A stretch of 64,000 bases of DNA from Azolla caroliniana (taxonomy: Eukaryota > Plantae > Polypodiophyta): positions 4,278,001-4,342,000 of the forward strand of contig JBHGNT010000011.1 in assembly GCA_043228905.1 (NCBI GenBank). The letters are read 5' to 3'. Below the pieces are notes generated by a model. It saw only the letters and a program-made list of their open reading frames with translations, was not told the origin of the DNA and searched no databases. Numbering within the stretch: position 1 is the stretch's first letter; each line of letters opens with the position of its first letter. A program made the position numbers and the translations under genes. This document shows positions 1 through 18,821 of this stretch, piece by piece.

Positions 1-359
1 AATGATTGTGGTCGTTGTGGCTGTTGTTGTTTCTTTTATGTGAATGCCTCAGTTCTCGAGACGTGCCCTTGTGCCCTAGATTGAGAATCTTCCATCCCAT
101 ACTAATAGTCATGTGAATTGTCGGTACTTTCTTTTCTTGAAGATTGTTCCTCGTCTTTAAATAGTGAGTGAGTTTCTTTCTTCTTCTTTTTTTAAATAAT
201 AATAATGTACACGTGGAAGGTAGGTAGGGCCATTACCATGATTGAGGCGTGATGCCCTTAAAATCTTTTGTTCCACCTACCAGAGATTGGTTGTGGTCGT
301 GTCGTTGTGTATCGAAGGGGTTAGGTGGTGTCCGTCCACGGTATGGTTTCAATCAAAAT

Positions 360-763
360 TGTTGAGCGGCAAGCTCAACCGGAGCCGGATCGGCTGAATA
401 AGCCGAAGCCGGTAAGCGAGACGGATCGGGCGAAACGGATTGGTATGACGGTGAGCAACCGAACCGGCAAGCAGTGGAGGCCGGGTGCAATATGTAACCG
501 GAAGTCCAATCGGAAGCCTAGTATAGGATAGACTACTAGGTAGCTATAGTCTCGTAGTAAGTGTCAGATGCTCGTGTGAGCATTGAAGTACATGGTACTT
601 CTATCAGTCCCAAGTGGACTTGTATAAATAGTGCTACTTAGCACAATGTGTGTACAGAGTCTTGATATAATTTTGAAATTGTGTTCTCTCTCTGTCTCTC
701 TGTCTCTCTGTCTCTCTCTCTATTGTTCTCTATTTTACGCTTCCGCAAACACTTACGTTTACA
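360..763 (+). repeat. C1 5' LTR
   Basis: Direct repeat of 5895-6325 with about 14 substitutions by eye and a different (CT)n length; TATAAATA near 623-630. Confidence 0.97.
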
Positions 764-857
764 TGGTATCAGAGCGCGAGGGTTGAGAACCTTTGCTGCA
801 GACATTTACTCTTGAGAAGAAAACCCTAACAGGTTGAAAACAGACACAGTAGAAGAC

Positions 858-3800
858 ATGGATAGAGGCATGGCTACGTCGCTCCCGGTGGAGAAGCTCA
901 ACAGGAGCAACTACGCATCCTGGTCTTACAAGATGCACCAGTACCTGCTTGGACACGGGTACTGGAGTTATGTCGAAGGAGCGAATGATGCGGCGCCCGA
1001 CTCGGCACACAAGGACTTCCCGGTATGGGAACAGGCGGCAAGCAGGGTGATGTAGTGCTTCGCGTCCAGTGTCGGCGATCAGCTGCTCAGCCACATCCGT
1101 GACGCCAAGACACCGAAGGATGCTTGGGGGAACATGAAAAAGGTTTTCGCCGCAAGCACCACTGCCCGCAAGCTGCAACTCAGACAGGAGTTGAGCAATG
1201 TTCGACAGAAGAACATGTCTATGGCAGACTACACGGGCCGGATAAAGGAGATCTGCGACTCGCTCGCCTCTATCAATGTTATCGTAGAGGAAGACGAGAT
1301 GGTGCAGGTATGCCTCGGAGGCCTGGCGTCCAAGTTCGGAGCGTTCCGGATTGCGGTGTGTACAAGGGAGAATACCCCCTCATTCTTTGACTTACAATCG
1401 ATGCTCCTTGTAGAGGAGAACCACGCCGGTGCATCTACCAGTGCATCCCCGGACAACCGAATGTTGTACACGGGAACGGATCAGCTCCGTGGGCGTGGTG
1501 GAAGAGGTGGGTCGGCACGCAATAGAGGCGGCCGGCAAGAGCAGGAACGGAAGCACTATGAGCGTGCCGACAGCAGTTCCGGGACTTCCACAAGCAGGGG
1601 GAGTCAAGGCGGTGCCGGAAGCCGGCAAGACAAATCCGCTACGGAATGCTGGTACTGTGGCAAAAAGGGCCACAGGGAAAGCGAGTGCTGGATAAAACGT
1701 GCCGATTCAGACAAATCCGGATCCGGCAAGACCGGTAAGGATGGCCAGCAAAACTCGCACTACGCAAACGGATCAGAAGGATCCGGAACCGGAAAGGCCG
1801 GTAAGGGGCCAACCTTGATGATGAATCACAAGGCAAACTCAATGAAGAAGACCACTTCCAAAACGGAGGAAGTGTGGTATGTTGATTCCGGCGCGTCGAA
1901 CCACATGATGAGCCACAAAGAGTGGTTCTCCTTTCTGGAGAGACCGGATCAACCAGGAGTAGTCGAAACCGGTGACGACACTCCTCACCCAATCGTGCAC
2001 GTCTGAGAAGTCCCTCTAAGCCACGTCTAACAGATAGGGAAGCTGATGAACGTGTTACACGTTCCGACGATCACGAAGAACCTGGTGTCCGTCGGTCAGA
2101 TTGTTGACCAGGGGATGCAGGTGCGGTTTACGCACCTCGGGTGCTTCATTGAGGATGAGGGCGAAGTCATTGCGCAAGGGCGCAGAGACGGGAGGATGTT
2201 TATCCTCGACACCAATGACTTTGGCACCGCTCTGTTCGCGAAACGACAGAAGGTCGAGTCGGACATCGACCTGTGGCACAAGCGGATAGGCCACGTCAAC
2301 TACCGGAGGCTTCAAGATCTGCAAACGAAACAAGTCGTTTTCGGTATGCCGAAGTTCAGCGGCCGGAGAGCCGAAATTTGTGAAGCCTGCCAACTTGGGA
2401 AGCAACACCGGCATCCATTCCCCACCGAACGGCACCGAAGCCGTAACAAGCTCGATCTCATCCATTCGGATGTGTGGGGACCGGCACAAAGTGTAAGCCT
2501 TGGCAGGAGCCGATACTTCGTCTCCTTCATCAACAACTATACTCGGCATACTTGGATCTACCTCATTGAGCGGAAGAGCGAAGTCTTCGACTGTTTCCGG
2601 AGCCTCCAAAAGATGGTGGAACGGGAATTGGAGAGGAAGATCAAATGCCTTCGGTCGGATGGCGGAAAGGAATATTTTTCCGGCCAATTCACTAGTTATC
2701 TGCAGCAGAAGGGAATTCGGCGAGAGTTCAGCTGCAGATACACACCGGAGCAAAATGGTGTGGCCGAAAGGAAGAACCGGACACTCGTCGAAGCGGCAAG
2801 GGCAATGCTGGAGGAAAAGAGCATGCCCCGGTTCTACTGGGCGGAGGCGGTCCAGACGGCCGTCTACATACAAAACCGCATCGGTGACAAGGTGTCAGCT
2901 CATGAGCTGTATTTCGGGCGCAAGCCGAACTTAAGACACCTTCGGATATTCGGCAGCATAGCGTATGTGCATGTGCCGGATCAGAAGCGGAGAAAGCTGG
3001 ATGCAAAATCGGAAAAATGCATCCTAGTATGCTATGCTCAAGAGCAAAAGGGGTATAAGTGCTATAACCCCCGGAAGAAGGAAGTCCAAGTTAGCTGGGA
3101 TGTCAAGTTCGACGAATCAGCATCCTGGTACTCCGCACCGACTCCGACTTCCGATCCCGACCCAATGTCGGAAGATCAGGCCAGTGAGCCTGAATCAGCC
3201 CTGTCAGAGGATGATGAAGCCGAGACTCAAGATGCGAGTCCGGAATCGTTACGGTTGAGTGGACCGAACGAGCGACTGAGTCGGTTGGACCAATCGGATG
3301 AAGAGACGGCAAGGGGTGGAGACTCTGCCGTGCTCTCCCCGTGCAAGGAACCAAGGAAACGGTTCACGCGCAAAGAGAAGGGAAAGAGGAAGATGCCGGA
3401 ATTCGAAACCGGCAACGATGAGTCGGATCGGTGCATATCCGACTCCGGAAAGGAGAAAGGCGGATCTTCGGCAACGAAGACCGAACTGGCCAAGAAGGGC
3501 CTCAAATCAGGTGACGGTGCGCTGCGCCGATCAACCCGCCAAAAGAATCCTGTCATGCGGTACGGGTACAAAGAATACATGGCGCATCATTATGCGTACA
3601 TGACTAAGGTAACAGAAGTGCGTGAGCCGGAGAGCTACGCAGAAGCGGCAAAGGACGCAAATTGGCGTGCCGCTATGGACGAAGAAATGCGGGCACTCGA
3701 TGCCAACGAAACCTGGGACCTAGTTGATCCTCCCCGTCACTGTAAACCGATCGGATGCAAGTGGGTGTACAAGGTCAAGTACAACGCCGATGGTTCTGTT

Positions 3801-5900
3801 AACCGGTACAAAGCCCGGTTAGTGGCGAAGGGATATGCGCAAACCCACGGAATCGACTACGACAAGACCTTCGCTCCTGTGGCGAAGATGACGACGGTTC
3901 GTGTGGTACTGGCGGTTGTTGCGGCAAGGGGGTGGCATCTTCACCAGATGGATGTGAAGAATGCCTTCCTTCAAGGAGAGCTTGAAGAAGAAGTCTTTAT
4001 GACTCAACCCCCCGGATTTCAATCGGAGATGAACGAGTCGGCGGTATGCCGACTGAAGAAGTCGCTTTACGGCTTGAAGCCAGCCCCCCGAGCCTGGAAC
4101 GCGAAGATCACGCACCGGTTGCATAAGTTGGGGTTTGCTGTCTCTAAGTCGGACTCTTCGTTGTTCATCCGGAAAGGCTCTGACGGTCCGGTATGTATAC
4201 TCTTGTATGTGGATGATTTAGTCATCACCGGACCGGGTCTTCCCGAAATCAACCGCGTCAAGTCCCAGTTGTCGGACGCATTCGAAATGAAGGACCTGGG
4301 GGACCTTCATTATTTTCTTGGGATCGAAGTGATCCGGACCCCCGACGGCATATTGCTCTCACAACGACATTACGTGTTGAATATGCTGTATAAGTTCGGC
4401 ATGACGGATTGCCGACCTGTCTCCACACCCCTGGACCGGAACCAGAAGCTCCGTCCCAACTCCAGACCGGCCTACAATGAGAAACGGTTCCGATAGGTTG
4501 TGGGAAGCCTGATCTACTTAACCATCACCCGACCCGACATCAGCTATCCGGTCAGCATGGTAAGTCAGTTCATGCAGAATCCGACCATGGAGCACCTTCA
4601 GTGCGCACAACGAATATTACGGTATGTCAGCGGCACTAAGGACCGGGGACTGCTATACCGGCGAGGTATACCCGAAGAGCTTGTCGGTTACACAGATGCT
4701 GACTGGGCCGGCGATGCATCTGATCGCCGCTCCACTTCCGGATACATGTTCTCCATAGGTAGCGCGGCCGTTGCGTGGAGCAGCAAGAAGTAGCCCACAG
4801 TGGCTTTGTCAAGCACTGAGGCTGAGTACCGGGCCGCTACCGTTGCCACTTGTGAAGCCATCTGGCTTCGGCGACTGCTACAAGACTTGCGGATCGAGGT
4901 ACCGACCCCGATCCCGATTTACTGCGATAACATGAGCAGCTTGCAGCTCGCCAGGAACCCTGTGTTCCATGCTCGCACAAAGCACATCGAGGTGCACTAC
5001 CACTTCGTGCGTGAGTGGGTCCTGAGTGGTGAAATTGACCTACGGTATGTTCATACGGATCGGCAAGTTGCCGACATCTTCACCAAGCCGCTCGGATCGG
5101 ACAAGTTGCAGCACTTTACCGACATGCTTGGTATTCAGCATCTCGACGTGCCGCACTTGAGGGGGAGAAGCAAGGGCAAAGTCTCTATCGAAACGGGCAA
5201 AGGCAAAAAAACTGTTGAACCCGTCGGTAAGAGGAGAACCAGAAGAAGAGGAGACAAGAAGATGAAGGAAGCCGAGTCGACGAAGGAAGTCGACACATCC
5301 GAACAGGTCGGAGCAAGCGGCTGTGAAGAAGAGTTGTGCACTCAGGAAGAGAAGTGCATGCTGTGCGGAGGTCATCACGACGGTACTGACCATGATGCGG
5401 AGTCGAATGAAGAATTCGATTTCGGTTCACCGGCTGAAGAAGCCGAGGGAAGCATGGAGAAGGCCAAGACTCGGAAGTGGTCCGATGTGGTGAGAGGCCT
5501 GAAGCCGGAAGTCGAATCGGAGTGTACCGATTCGGACAAGAGCTGGAACGAGTCGGAGACAACTGACTCGGATCAACAGATGGATCCGGATGAGTCGGAT
5601 CGACTGAAGGCCATGGGGACACAGACACAGCGGAAGTCGATGCCATCGTGGGAGAACCGACGGATCGGCAAGTGCCGGAGTCACAACAACGTGAGTGCTG
5701 AGATGGGCCTATTGAGCAGACATGCCGACCGAGAGGGTCGAGGCGCGCAGAACCAAAGGGGTCACGGCAAACGGGACCGGACCAGACGAGGAGCGCGAGC
5801 AAGGCGGAGTGACGCCAGGAGAAGTCGGTTGGAAGAACCGACTGCCACAGAGGTCGACACTACGACCCCACCTCAGGTTGAGCTTGAGGGGGAGTGTTGA
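858..5900 (+). pseudogene. C1 gag-pol (Gag-CCHC, PR, INT, RT, RNase H, plus ~245-aa C-terminal extension) with in-frame nonsense codons
   Basis: ORFs 834, 1134, 2046, 4500 and 4800 share one frame; motifs [55 protein letters not shown]. Confidence 0.95.
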
Positions 5901-6222
5901 GCGGCAAGCTCAACCGAAGCCGGATCGGCTGAATAAGCCGGAGCCGGTAAGCGAGACGGATCGGGCAAAACGGATCGGTATGACCGTGAGCAACCGAACC
6001 GGCAAGCAGTGGAGGTCGGGTGCAATCTGTAACCGGAAGTCCAATCAGAAGCCTAGTATAGGATAGACTACTAGGTAGCTATAGCCTCGTAGTAAGTGTC
6101 AAATGCTCGTGTGAGCATTGAAGTACATGGTACTTCTGTCAGTCCCAAGAGGACTTGTATAAATAGTGCTACTTAGCACAGTGTGTGTACAGAGTCTTGA
6201 TATAATTTTGAAATTGTGTTCT

Positions 6223-6285
<63 letters not shown>

Positions 6286-6325
6286 TGTTCTCTGTTTTAC
6301 GCTTCCGCAAACACTTACGTTTACA
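5895..6325 (+). repeat. C1 3' LTR
   Basis: Follows the PPT, ends TTTACA, then the TSD. Confidence 0.97.
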
Positions 6326-9300
6326 AAAATCCATTGACCCAGTGGAAAAGTGGTTCACCGGCCAATGTGCCGAGCTAAAACGTGTCGTACGTGTTGATAA
6401 TCTAGAACGGGCCTATCCATCGGAATCGAACCTTGTTGGGCATAGCCCCGGGTTTTGTTTAGAAAACTAAAACTGGTTGTCCAATTTCGAAAGCTTTGTC
6501 CGGAATCCGGTAATGGTTGTCCATGAAAGCTTTTCGTTGTCTTTGGACGTGTTCTAATTGGGCCAGGCTGGTAATGCATTCTTCGCCAAGTTCAAGTAGT
6601 TGGACCAGACGTTGTTGTTCAGACTTTGATTCCGATAAGAATTCGGCTATTTGTAATCGCAAGCTGGGTACTTGGAATTCAATTGGCATTACGACTTCCA
6701 ATCCAAAAGTCAAACAAAAAGGTGTGGACCCGATACTAGTTTTGAACGTCATGCGATAGGCCCATAGGTCACTGTGTAATTTTTTGTCACAGACTGTACG
6801 ATGCTCATTTACAATTTTCTTCAGAATCATCTGGAGGGTTTTATTCGTTGACCCGGCAAGACCATTGGCTTGGGGGTAGTACAAGACGTTTTTCTTGTGT
6901 ACCACAACCTAATGTGAGGTTAATTTGCGTATGATTTGATTGACCAAGTGACCTCCCCGATCACTCACCAATTCGATTAGGCACCCAAAACGGCACCATA
7001 AATTTTCGTAAATGAATTTTGCGGTGGACGCAACTGTGTTATCTCGGAGATCTTTTTCTTTGACCCATTTCGTGCAGTAATCGGTCGCCATGAGGATGTA
7101 TTTGTTACCCGTGCGTGTTGCAAGAGGTTAAAAGGGACCCACGAAATCCAATCCCCACTTTTTGGAAAGGTTCCAAGGGAAGGATGAGTTGGTGTGGCAT
7201 GCAGTCGCGTTCGCTTGGTTGTCCCATCCGTTGGCAGAGATCGCATTGTTTGCAAAAATTATGAGCATCTTTTTCCGTAGTCGGCCACCATAACCTGCTC
7301 TACCAAATTTGTTGTGTTGTGGCATCTCCTACCACAATTAATTACTGCGCATCGCGGAGCACGACATCCTTCTCGAATTTTCGGACCACGCATCTCCGCA
7401 TGTCGCCTGAGCCTTTGTGAGACAAAGTATTCGAAAGTAAACAGAAGTTTCGGCTTTGGACTACTAACCGTTTTTTAGCATGTGTGTCATGTCGATGATC
7501 CAAGCGTCTTCAGGATCGGTGGACTTTGTGTTGATGGAGAAGAGGGATGTGTCCGGTAAGTCATTGTATTCCTGTTCCCTAGATTCAAATCGACTAAGGT
7601 AATCGGCTACCGCATGTTGGAGCCCTGGTCGGTGTTGGATATCAAAATCGAACTCTTGAAGGAGTAGCATCCACCATGCTAAGCGACCAGTTAGGGCTTG
7701 TTTATGAAGAAGATACAATAGTGTCGAATCATCGAGGTGGAAAGTGAATTTTCGGCCAAGTAGATACTGCTGGGATTTAGTGATATTATAGATCATGTCG
7801 AGCGCTTCACGTTCCGTGGTGGAGTAATTCCTTTCCACTGTCAAGAGACGTCAGCTAGCATAGTAAACGGGGCGATACCAATTCGGGGGAGTTTTCTGCA
7901 TTAAAGCGCTGCCAATGGCGATGTCGGATGCATCTACGAATACGTGAAAGGGTTGTACCCAATCCGGAGGTTGGACCGCTAGAGCTTGGGAAAGTATGAC
8001 TTTGAGTGATTGATAGGACTTGTCTTCCCGTTCTGTCCATCGAAAGGGAACCACGTGGATTGCTGCATGTAAGGGGGTCACGAAATCAACGAGGTATCGG
8101 AGCATATGGCTATGCCATCGTATTTTACCTGAAAATCGGCTACGTGCTTTGGTCGTGACTGGGGCCGCGGCATTCAAGATGGCTTGAACTTTGTTAGGAT
8201 CCATGGCAATGCCATCCCAACTAACAATGTGGCCGAGTAAAGCACCGCTTGTAACATGGAAAGCGCATTTTGCCGGGTTTAGGCTGAGTCGTACCTGCCA
8301 ACATCTTTCAAGGCACAATCGTAAATGCACAAGGTGCTCCAATTGCTGCCCATACACCGCGAAATCATCAAGGAATACTTTCATGAAAGCCGGAATGAAG
8401 CCCTCGAAGGTTTCGGAGATGATTCGTTGAAACATGGCGGGTGCCATTTTCAATCCAAACATCATGACTATGGCTACGAACACACCCCATTCCATTACGA
8501 ATCGCATAGTTTATCTATCTCTTCTTTCACTTTGATCAGCTAGATGAACCCGACACTAAGAAGTTTATCTATCTCTTCTTTCACTTTGGCTACGTAGTTG
8601 GGATTCATTCGGTAACGGCGCTACTGGATTGGCCGTGCATACTTCTGGAGGTGAATCTGATGTTGGTAGTACTAAGGGTTGAGGCCCTTCATATCGTTGT
8701 ACGCCCATGCGAACATGTCTTGATATTCTGTGAGCAATCCAAGTAGGGTTGATCGGTCCTTGATTGTCAGATCCTTGGCAATTTTTACTGATCGTGGCTC
8801 GGAAGGGGAGCCGAGATTAACCTCTTCCAAGGTGGAGGCCTTTACTCACTGCGAGATGGCTAATTTGTGGTGAAGTGCGTCACGGGCATGTTGTAGTTCT
8901 TTTATTGAATCCTGGTCAAGCTCTTGGGGAGCTTCGTTGTTTATTGCATTGGCTAAGTATGGTTCTATGGCCGAAAGAACGTCGATTTCGAAGAGCAAGA
9001 CGATCGTGGGATGCTCGTCCAGAAAAGTGTTCATTTCGTCATCTGCCAGTCCATCTAACATGTGGACTCCATCTGCATATAGCGGGTTGTTGTCAGAAGG
9101 AGTTGAAGTACATGCTTCCGTAATGATGTGAGCTTTGGCTTTTACTTGCTAAAATGACATCATATTGTGTTGCCAATGTTGGTTGACGTTGGCCATTCGC
9201 AGCCACGGTCTTCCCAACAAGAATGGGTAAGCACTTGGCACATGAGGTTGCGTGTGGTTGGCGCGGGGTTCAATTTGGTGGACTAGGGTTGTGTTTGTTC

Positions 9301-10295
9301 AGTTCAGCATGTTGTATTCACATTGCTCCACCGTATGAACCCTTGAATGGCAGATGGGGTAGTGTGATCGTGAAGGATAGTCAAAAGCAGAGTGGCCAGA
9401 TTTGGCACATATTGTGCATTGCAGCGCTTGCCAGAACTGAGTTTCCTCGATCGTTGGCAAGGCGGTTTGAAGTGTGCCCATAGCGAACGAATTATTATTA
9501 TGTGCCTTATCCAACATAAGGATGCGGGCGACCACTTGCTCAATGGTCTGCTAAGAAAATCTGTAGGAGGCAACGTCATGCGTAGAGGCTCACGGAGGCC
9601 GGCCAGAAACATATCTTTCAAATGATTCACAAATACTTCTTGTGCGAGTTGGCGGTACAGGTCTTGAAAGCGGCGAACAAACGGGGACACGGTTTTGTTA
9701 GGTCCCTAGCCGATCGTATAAAATTGACAAAGCAATTCCCGCTTCGGGATCTCTTGGTGGAATAATTCCAGAAACTGGGTGCTGACATCCTGGAACGTGG
9801 TAAACTCCCCAAAATCATGTCGGGAATACCACCGTCCAGTGGGGCCGTCGAGAGAGTGAGTGAATTCAGCGATTTTGGAGGTGTCGACCTTCATGGCGGT
9901 GAGTCGCTCTTTCGAATGGTTGGCTTGCCATGTGTTGAGAAAGGAATGGATATGGTCGTCAATGTCCGGGCCATCCGTATAACGGGTATAGGGATGGTAT
10001 GACATTGTGTCAAGCTCTGGATCTTCCGGTAGGGTTGGGAAAGGGTTGAGCTCTAGTTGTGGTGAGACTTCTGGAGGACATCGAGGGGTAGCAAGGTCGG
10101 CACCGATTTGCGACTGTGTGTCCGGGATTACCGATGGCGAAGATTGTGATTCTAGAGATGAGTGTTGTGTGAGCACGGAATCGGTTGTGTCCTCGGCAGG
10201 CTCTGTGCGACGGGGCGACGGCCGCGTAATGGCGATTGGGATGACCACCAACGTGATTTCGTTGTGTTGCACAGTGTGAACCAGACATGCCAAAT

Positions 10296-10820
10296 TGTGT
10301 TGCCTTCCTTCCCGGAGGCAACACCTTCAATTTCCTAGACGAAATCGGACCAAGAGTTGTGGTACGTGATGGTCAGGGCGATACCGGAAAACAGGATTTC
10401 AAATACGTTACATAAGGAACATCTCTTCCTTTTGCTAGTACTCACATCAATTGCATAAGGGACAGCAATCAGGTAATACCAACACAAGAAATAGACCCAA
10501 AACTATATGTATTACGAGTATGTAATGAATACAGTTACACGGCCCATGGCCGGAATTAACAGAAAACTAATAGTATGACCTAGACCCTCAGAATCCCGTA
10601 ATCACGGGCTATAACTCCCTTCTTTTTTCCCTCCTCCTTGTCTCGTTTTCCTGTTCTTCTTTTTATAGCTTTTCCCTTCCTCTTTGCTTCGGCGCGCTTT
10701 GCTTCTTCCCATTCTTGGTTGCGCATACTGTGGCTATTTTCGTTCCTTACGGTTGTTCACCTACTTTCACCTACTTCCTATTACGTTTCTTAGAATTATA
10801 ATTTTGGCTTATGGACAACA
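10296..10820 (-). repeat. G1 5' LTR (~525 bp)
   Basis: TG at 10296 and CA at 10820; copia integrase sequence resumes exactly at 10821; PBS-like TGGCATGTCTGG on the minus strand next to 10296. Partner LTR is not in the window. Confidence 0.7.
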
Positions 10821-11392
10821 GGCTCAAGCTTTTGCAGCTTCTCATCGGGAATGTGCACATATGCAATGGAGCCGAATATCCTTATATGGGATAGATATGA
10901 CTTCTTTCCATAGTATTTCTCGTGCGGGGTGACCTCGTGCACTCCGGATGTTCTGCACCGATTCATGAGGTAGACTGCGGTATTTGGAGCTTTTGCTCAA
11001 TATGACATGGGCATATGCTTCTCATTTAGCATGGCCCTTGCTACTTCGAGGATGTGCTGATTCTTGCGTTCGGCTACACCGTTCTATTGCGGTGTGTGTC
11101 GGCAAGTGAATTCTCGCCAAATTCTTTCTTGTCGAATGTATGTTCCGATTGGATGCATTAGTCGAAGAAGAGACCAACATAGAATTTTCTCTATGTCTCA
11201 TCTCGAACATTCCGTCATGGTCTTCATAATCATAGTTGGTGGCGTAATTTGTGAGTTGTCGGCTTGTGGAAGCCAATTGGCGCTTCTTTTTTCAGCACTC
11301 TTCTTCATGGTGGCCGATTTTCCCGCAAATATCCGCATTCGATCGAGGTTTGTCGGCTTGGACCGGAATGGAAGCTACCTCTACTTTGGAAG

Positions 11393-11853
11393 TGTAAAGA
11401 ATCAGGTATGATTCTTGTGCAGTGGAAGAGATATGTGTTATGTGTATGTGTAAGAGGAAATAGAGAAGAGAAGAGAAACACAAGATACATTAGATAGAAT
11501 GGAAATAGAATACCCAAGAAGAAGAAGATGTATATTCACAAGGAGAATATGAAATACAAAAAAGTAACATCACAAGGAGTCACAACCGACTTAGTATGAA
11601 GTATGAGGAGGGTGCTTTATATATAATCACCCTCTCTCTTCATTAACTAACTACAACAACCACTCTCTCTTGGGGAATGTGAAGACTCATAGTAATGGGG
11701 AATATGTAACTCATTAGTTGTGTCATAGAATATGATTCTATGACACATAGTTAATGTGTAGAGAGTAGTGGTGTGACTCTTGACCCTTGAGTAATCATAG
11801 ATTCTCAAAAGGTGTGTTGACACGTTGCACTATGTTGAGCTTGATTCTCAACA
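11393..11853 (-). mobile_element. Solo LTR (C2/C3/C6 family) inserted in C2 gag
   Basis: TGTAAAG..CTCAACA ends, flanked by TSD GGAAG (11388-11392, 11854-11858), no internal domain. Confidence 0.93.
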
Positions 11854-12796
11854 GGAAGGTTCCTCGATGACTTCCGTCTTGTTGCTGAAATTGGGAGTTG
11901 TTGTTGCAAGTCGAACCTTGTCCGCCTTGTCCTTGGCTGAATCGGCCTCTTGCTCAACCATTCGAATGTGTCTAGAGCATGTGGCCTTCCGAGGTGTTGC
12001 TCCTTGTTCGAACATGGTTTTCTTCAAACAACAACATGGATTGAAGATCGAAGAAAGAGGGAGGATTCCCCCTTGCTAGGACGGCGGTTCTAATCGCGTT
12101 GAACCATGGTGCAAGGCCGTAGAGGCATATTTGCACCATCTCATCATCATCTACATTGACACTTATTGAGCCGAGCGAGTCACAAAGCTCCTTGATCTTC
12201 AAGGTGTAGCTTGTGATGGACATGTCCCGTTGTTGGATGTTGTTCAACTCTTAGCAGAGTTGAAGCTTTCGTGCCGTCGTATTGGCGGGGAATATCTTCC
12301 TTAGATTCTCCCATGCTTCCTTTGGTGTCGTGGCTTCTCAAATGTAGCCGAGCATGTGTTCATGAACACATGTCGCCAAGCAATACATTACTCGACTCGC
12401 CACTTGCTCCCATGTTGAGTAGTTGGCGTCCTTTGGGTTGGGTCGATTTTCTTGTGCTCCTTTGATATAGCTCCAATAACCTTGACTAACAAGGTAATGG
12501 TGCATCTTGTACTCCCAAGATGTGAAGTTGTTTCGGTCCAACTTCTCGCTAGGGAGAGCGTTGCCCATTTGAGTATTCATGGTGTTCGATGTAGATGTCT
12601 TCCTTCTTCTTCTCTCTTCAATCTATGTAGCGGCACTACCATAGCGATGGGCTGCATTTCTTTGAATCGTCGGTGTAGACACCACATACGGTCACAATGA
12701 GGCGAGTGGGCTAGATCAAGCTACCAACCTCTCTCTGATACCATGTAAAGAATTGATGGTGATTGTTGTGCATCGGAATAGGTTAGATATGTGTGT

Positions 12797-12832
<36 letters not shown>

Positions 12833-12954
12833 GAGAGGAGAGAAACACAAGATAAATATTAATGAAAATACTCAAGAAGATTGTATATTACAAAGGAGAT
12901 TAACCGACATCTTACAAAGTAGGAGGAGAGTGTTTTATATAGTCACTCTCTCTT

Positions 12955-18630
<5,676 letters not shown>

Positions 18631-18821
18631 CTCTTCATTAACTACCAAAGCTCATGAGTCATGGGGAATGTGGAAACTCATTAGTTATGTGTCATAGAAT
18701 ATGATTCTATGACACATAGTTAATGTATAGAGAGTAGTGGTGTAACTTTTTACCTTTGAGTGTTCATACACTCTCAAGGGTGTGTTCACACATTAGACTA
18801 GGTTGAGCTTGATTCTCAACA

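Larger units (their letters stand above)
360..6325 (+). mobile_element. C1: full-length Ty1/copia LTR retrotransposon
   Basis: LTRs 360-763 and 5895-6325 (TG..CA), TSD AAAAT (355-359, 6326-6330), PBS TGGTATCAGAGC 764-775 (tRNA-iMet), PPT GAGGGGGAG 5886-5894. Confidence 0.98.
1..10820 (-). mobile_element. G1: degenerate Ty3/gypsy LTR retrotransposon (non-chromovirus, Athila/Tat-like); 3' end lies left of the window; interrupted by C1 and itself inserted in C2
   Basis: Minus-strand fragments in gypsy order: gag with Zn knuckles (9299-10293), RT FLDD (7851-8507), RNase H NYSTTEREAL (7464-7844), integrase WGLDFVGPF / YYPQANG (6459-7325). Removing C1 restores the integrase C-terminal WVNGF(R>*)LKPY across 6330/359. 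Confidence 0.9.

Noticed and set aside
2055-2873. Long antisense and alternate-frame ORFs over C1, G2, C4, C3 and C6
   Set aside because: Expected shadows of GC-rich coding sequence; no recognisable motifs.
5161-5900. C1 extension as an env-like gene
   Set aside because: Highly charged, no signal peptide or transmembrane segment, and fused in frame to pol.
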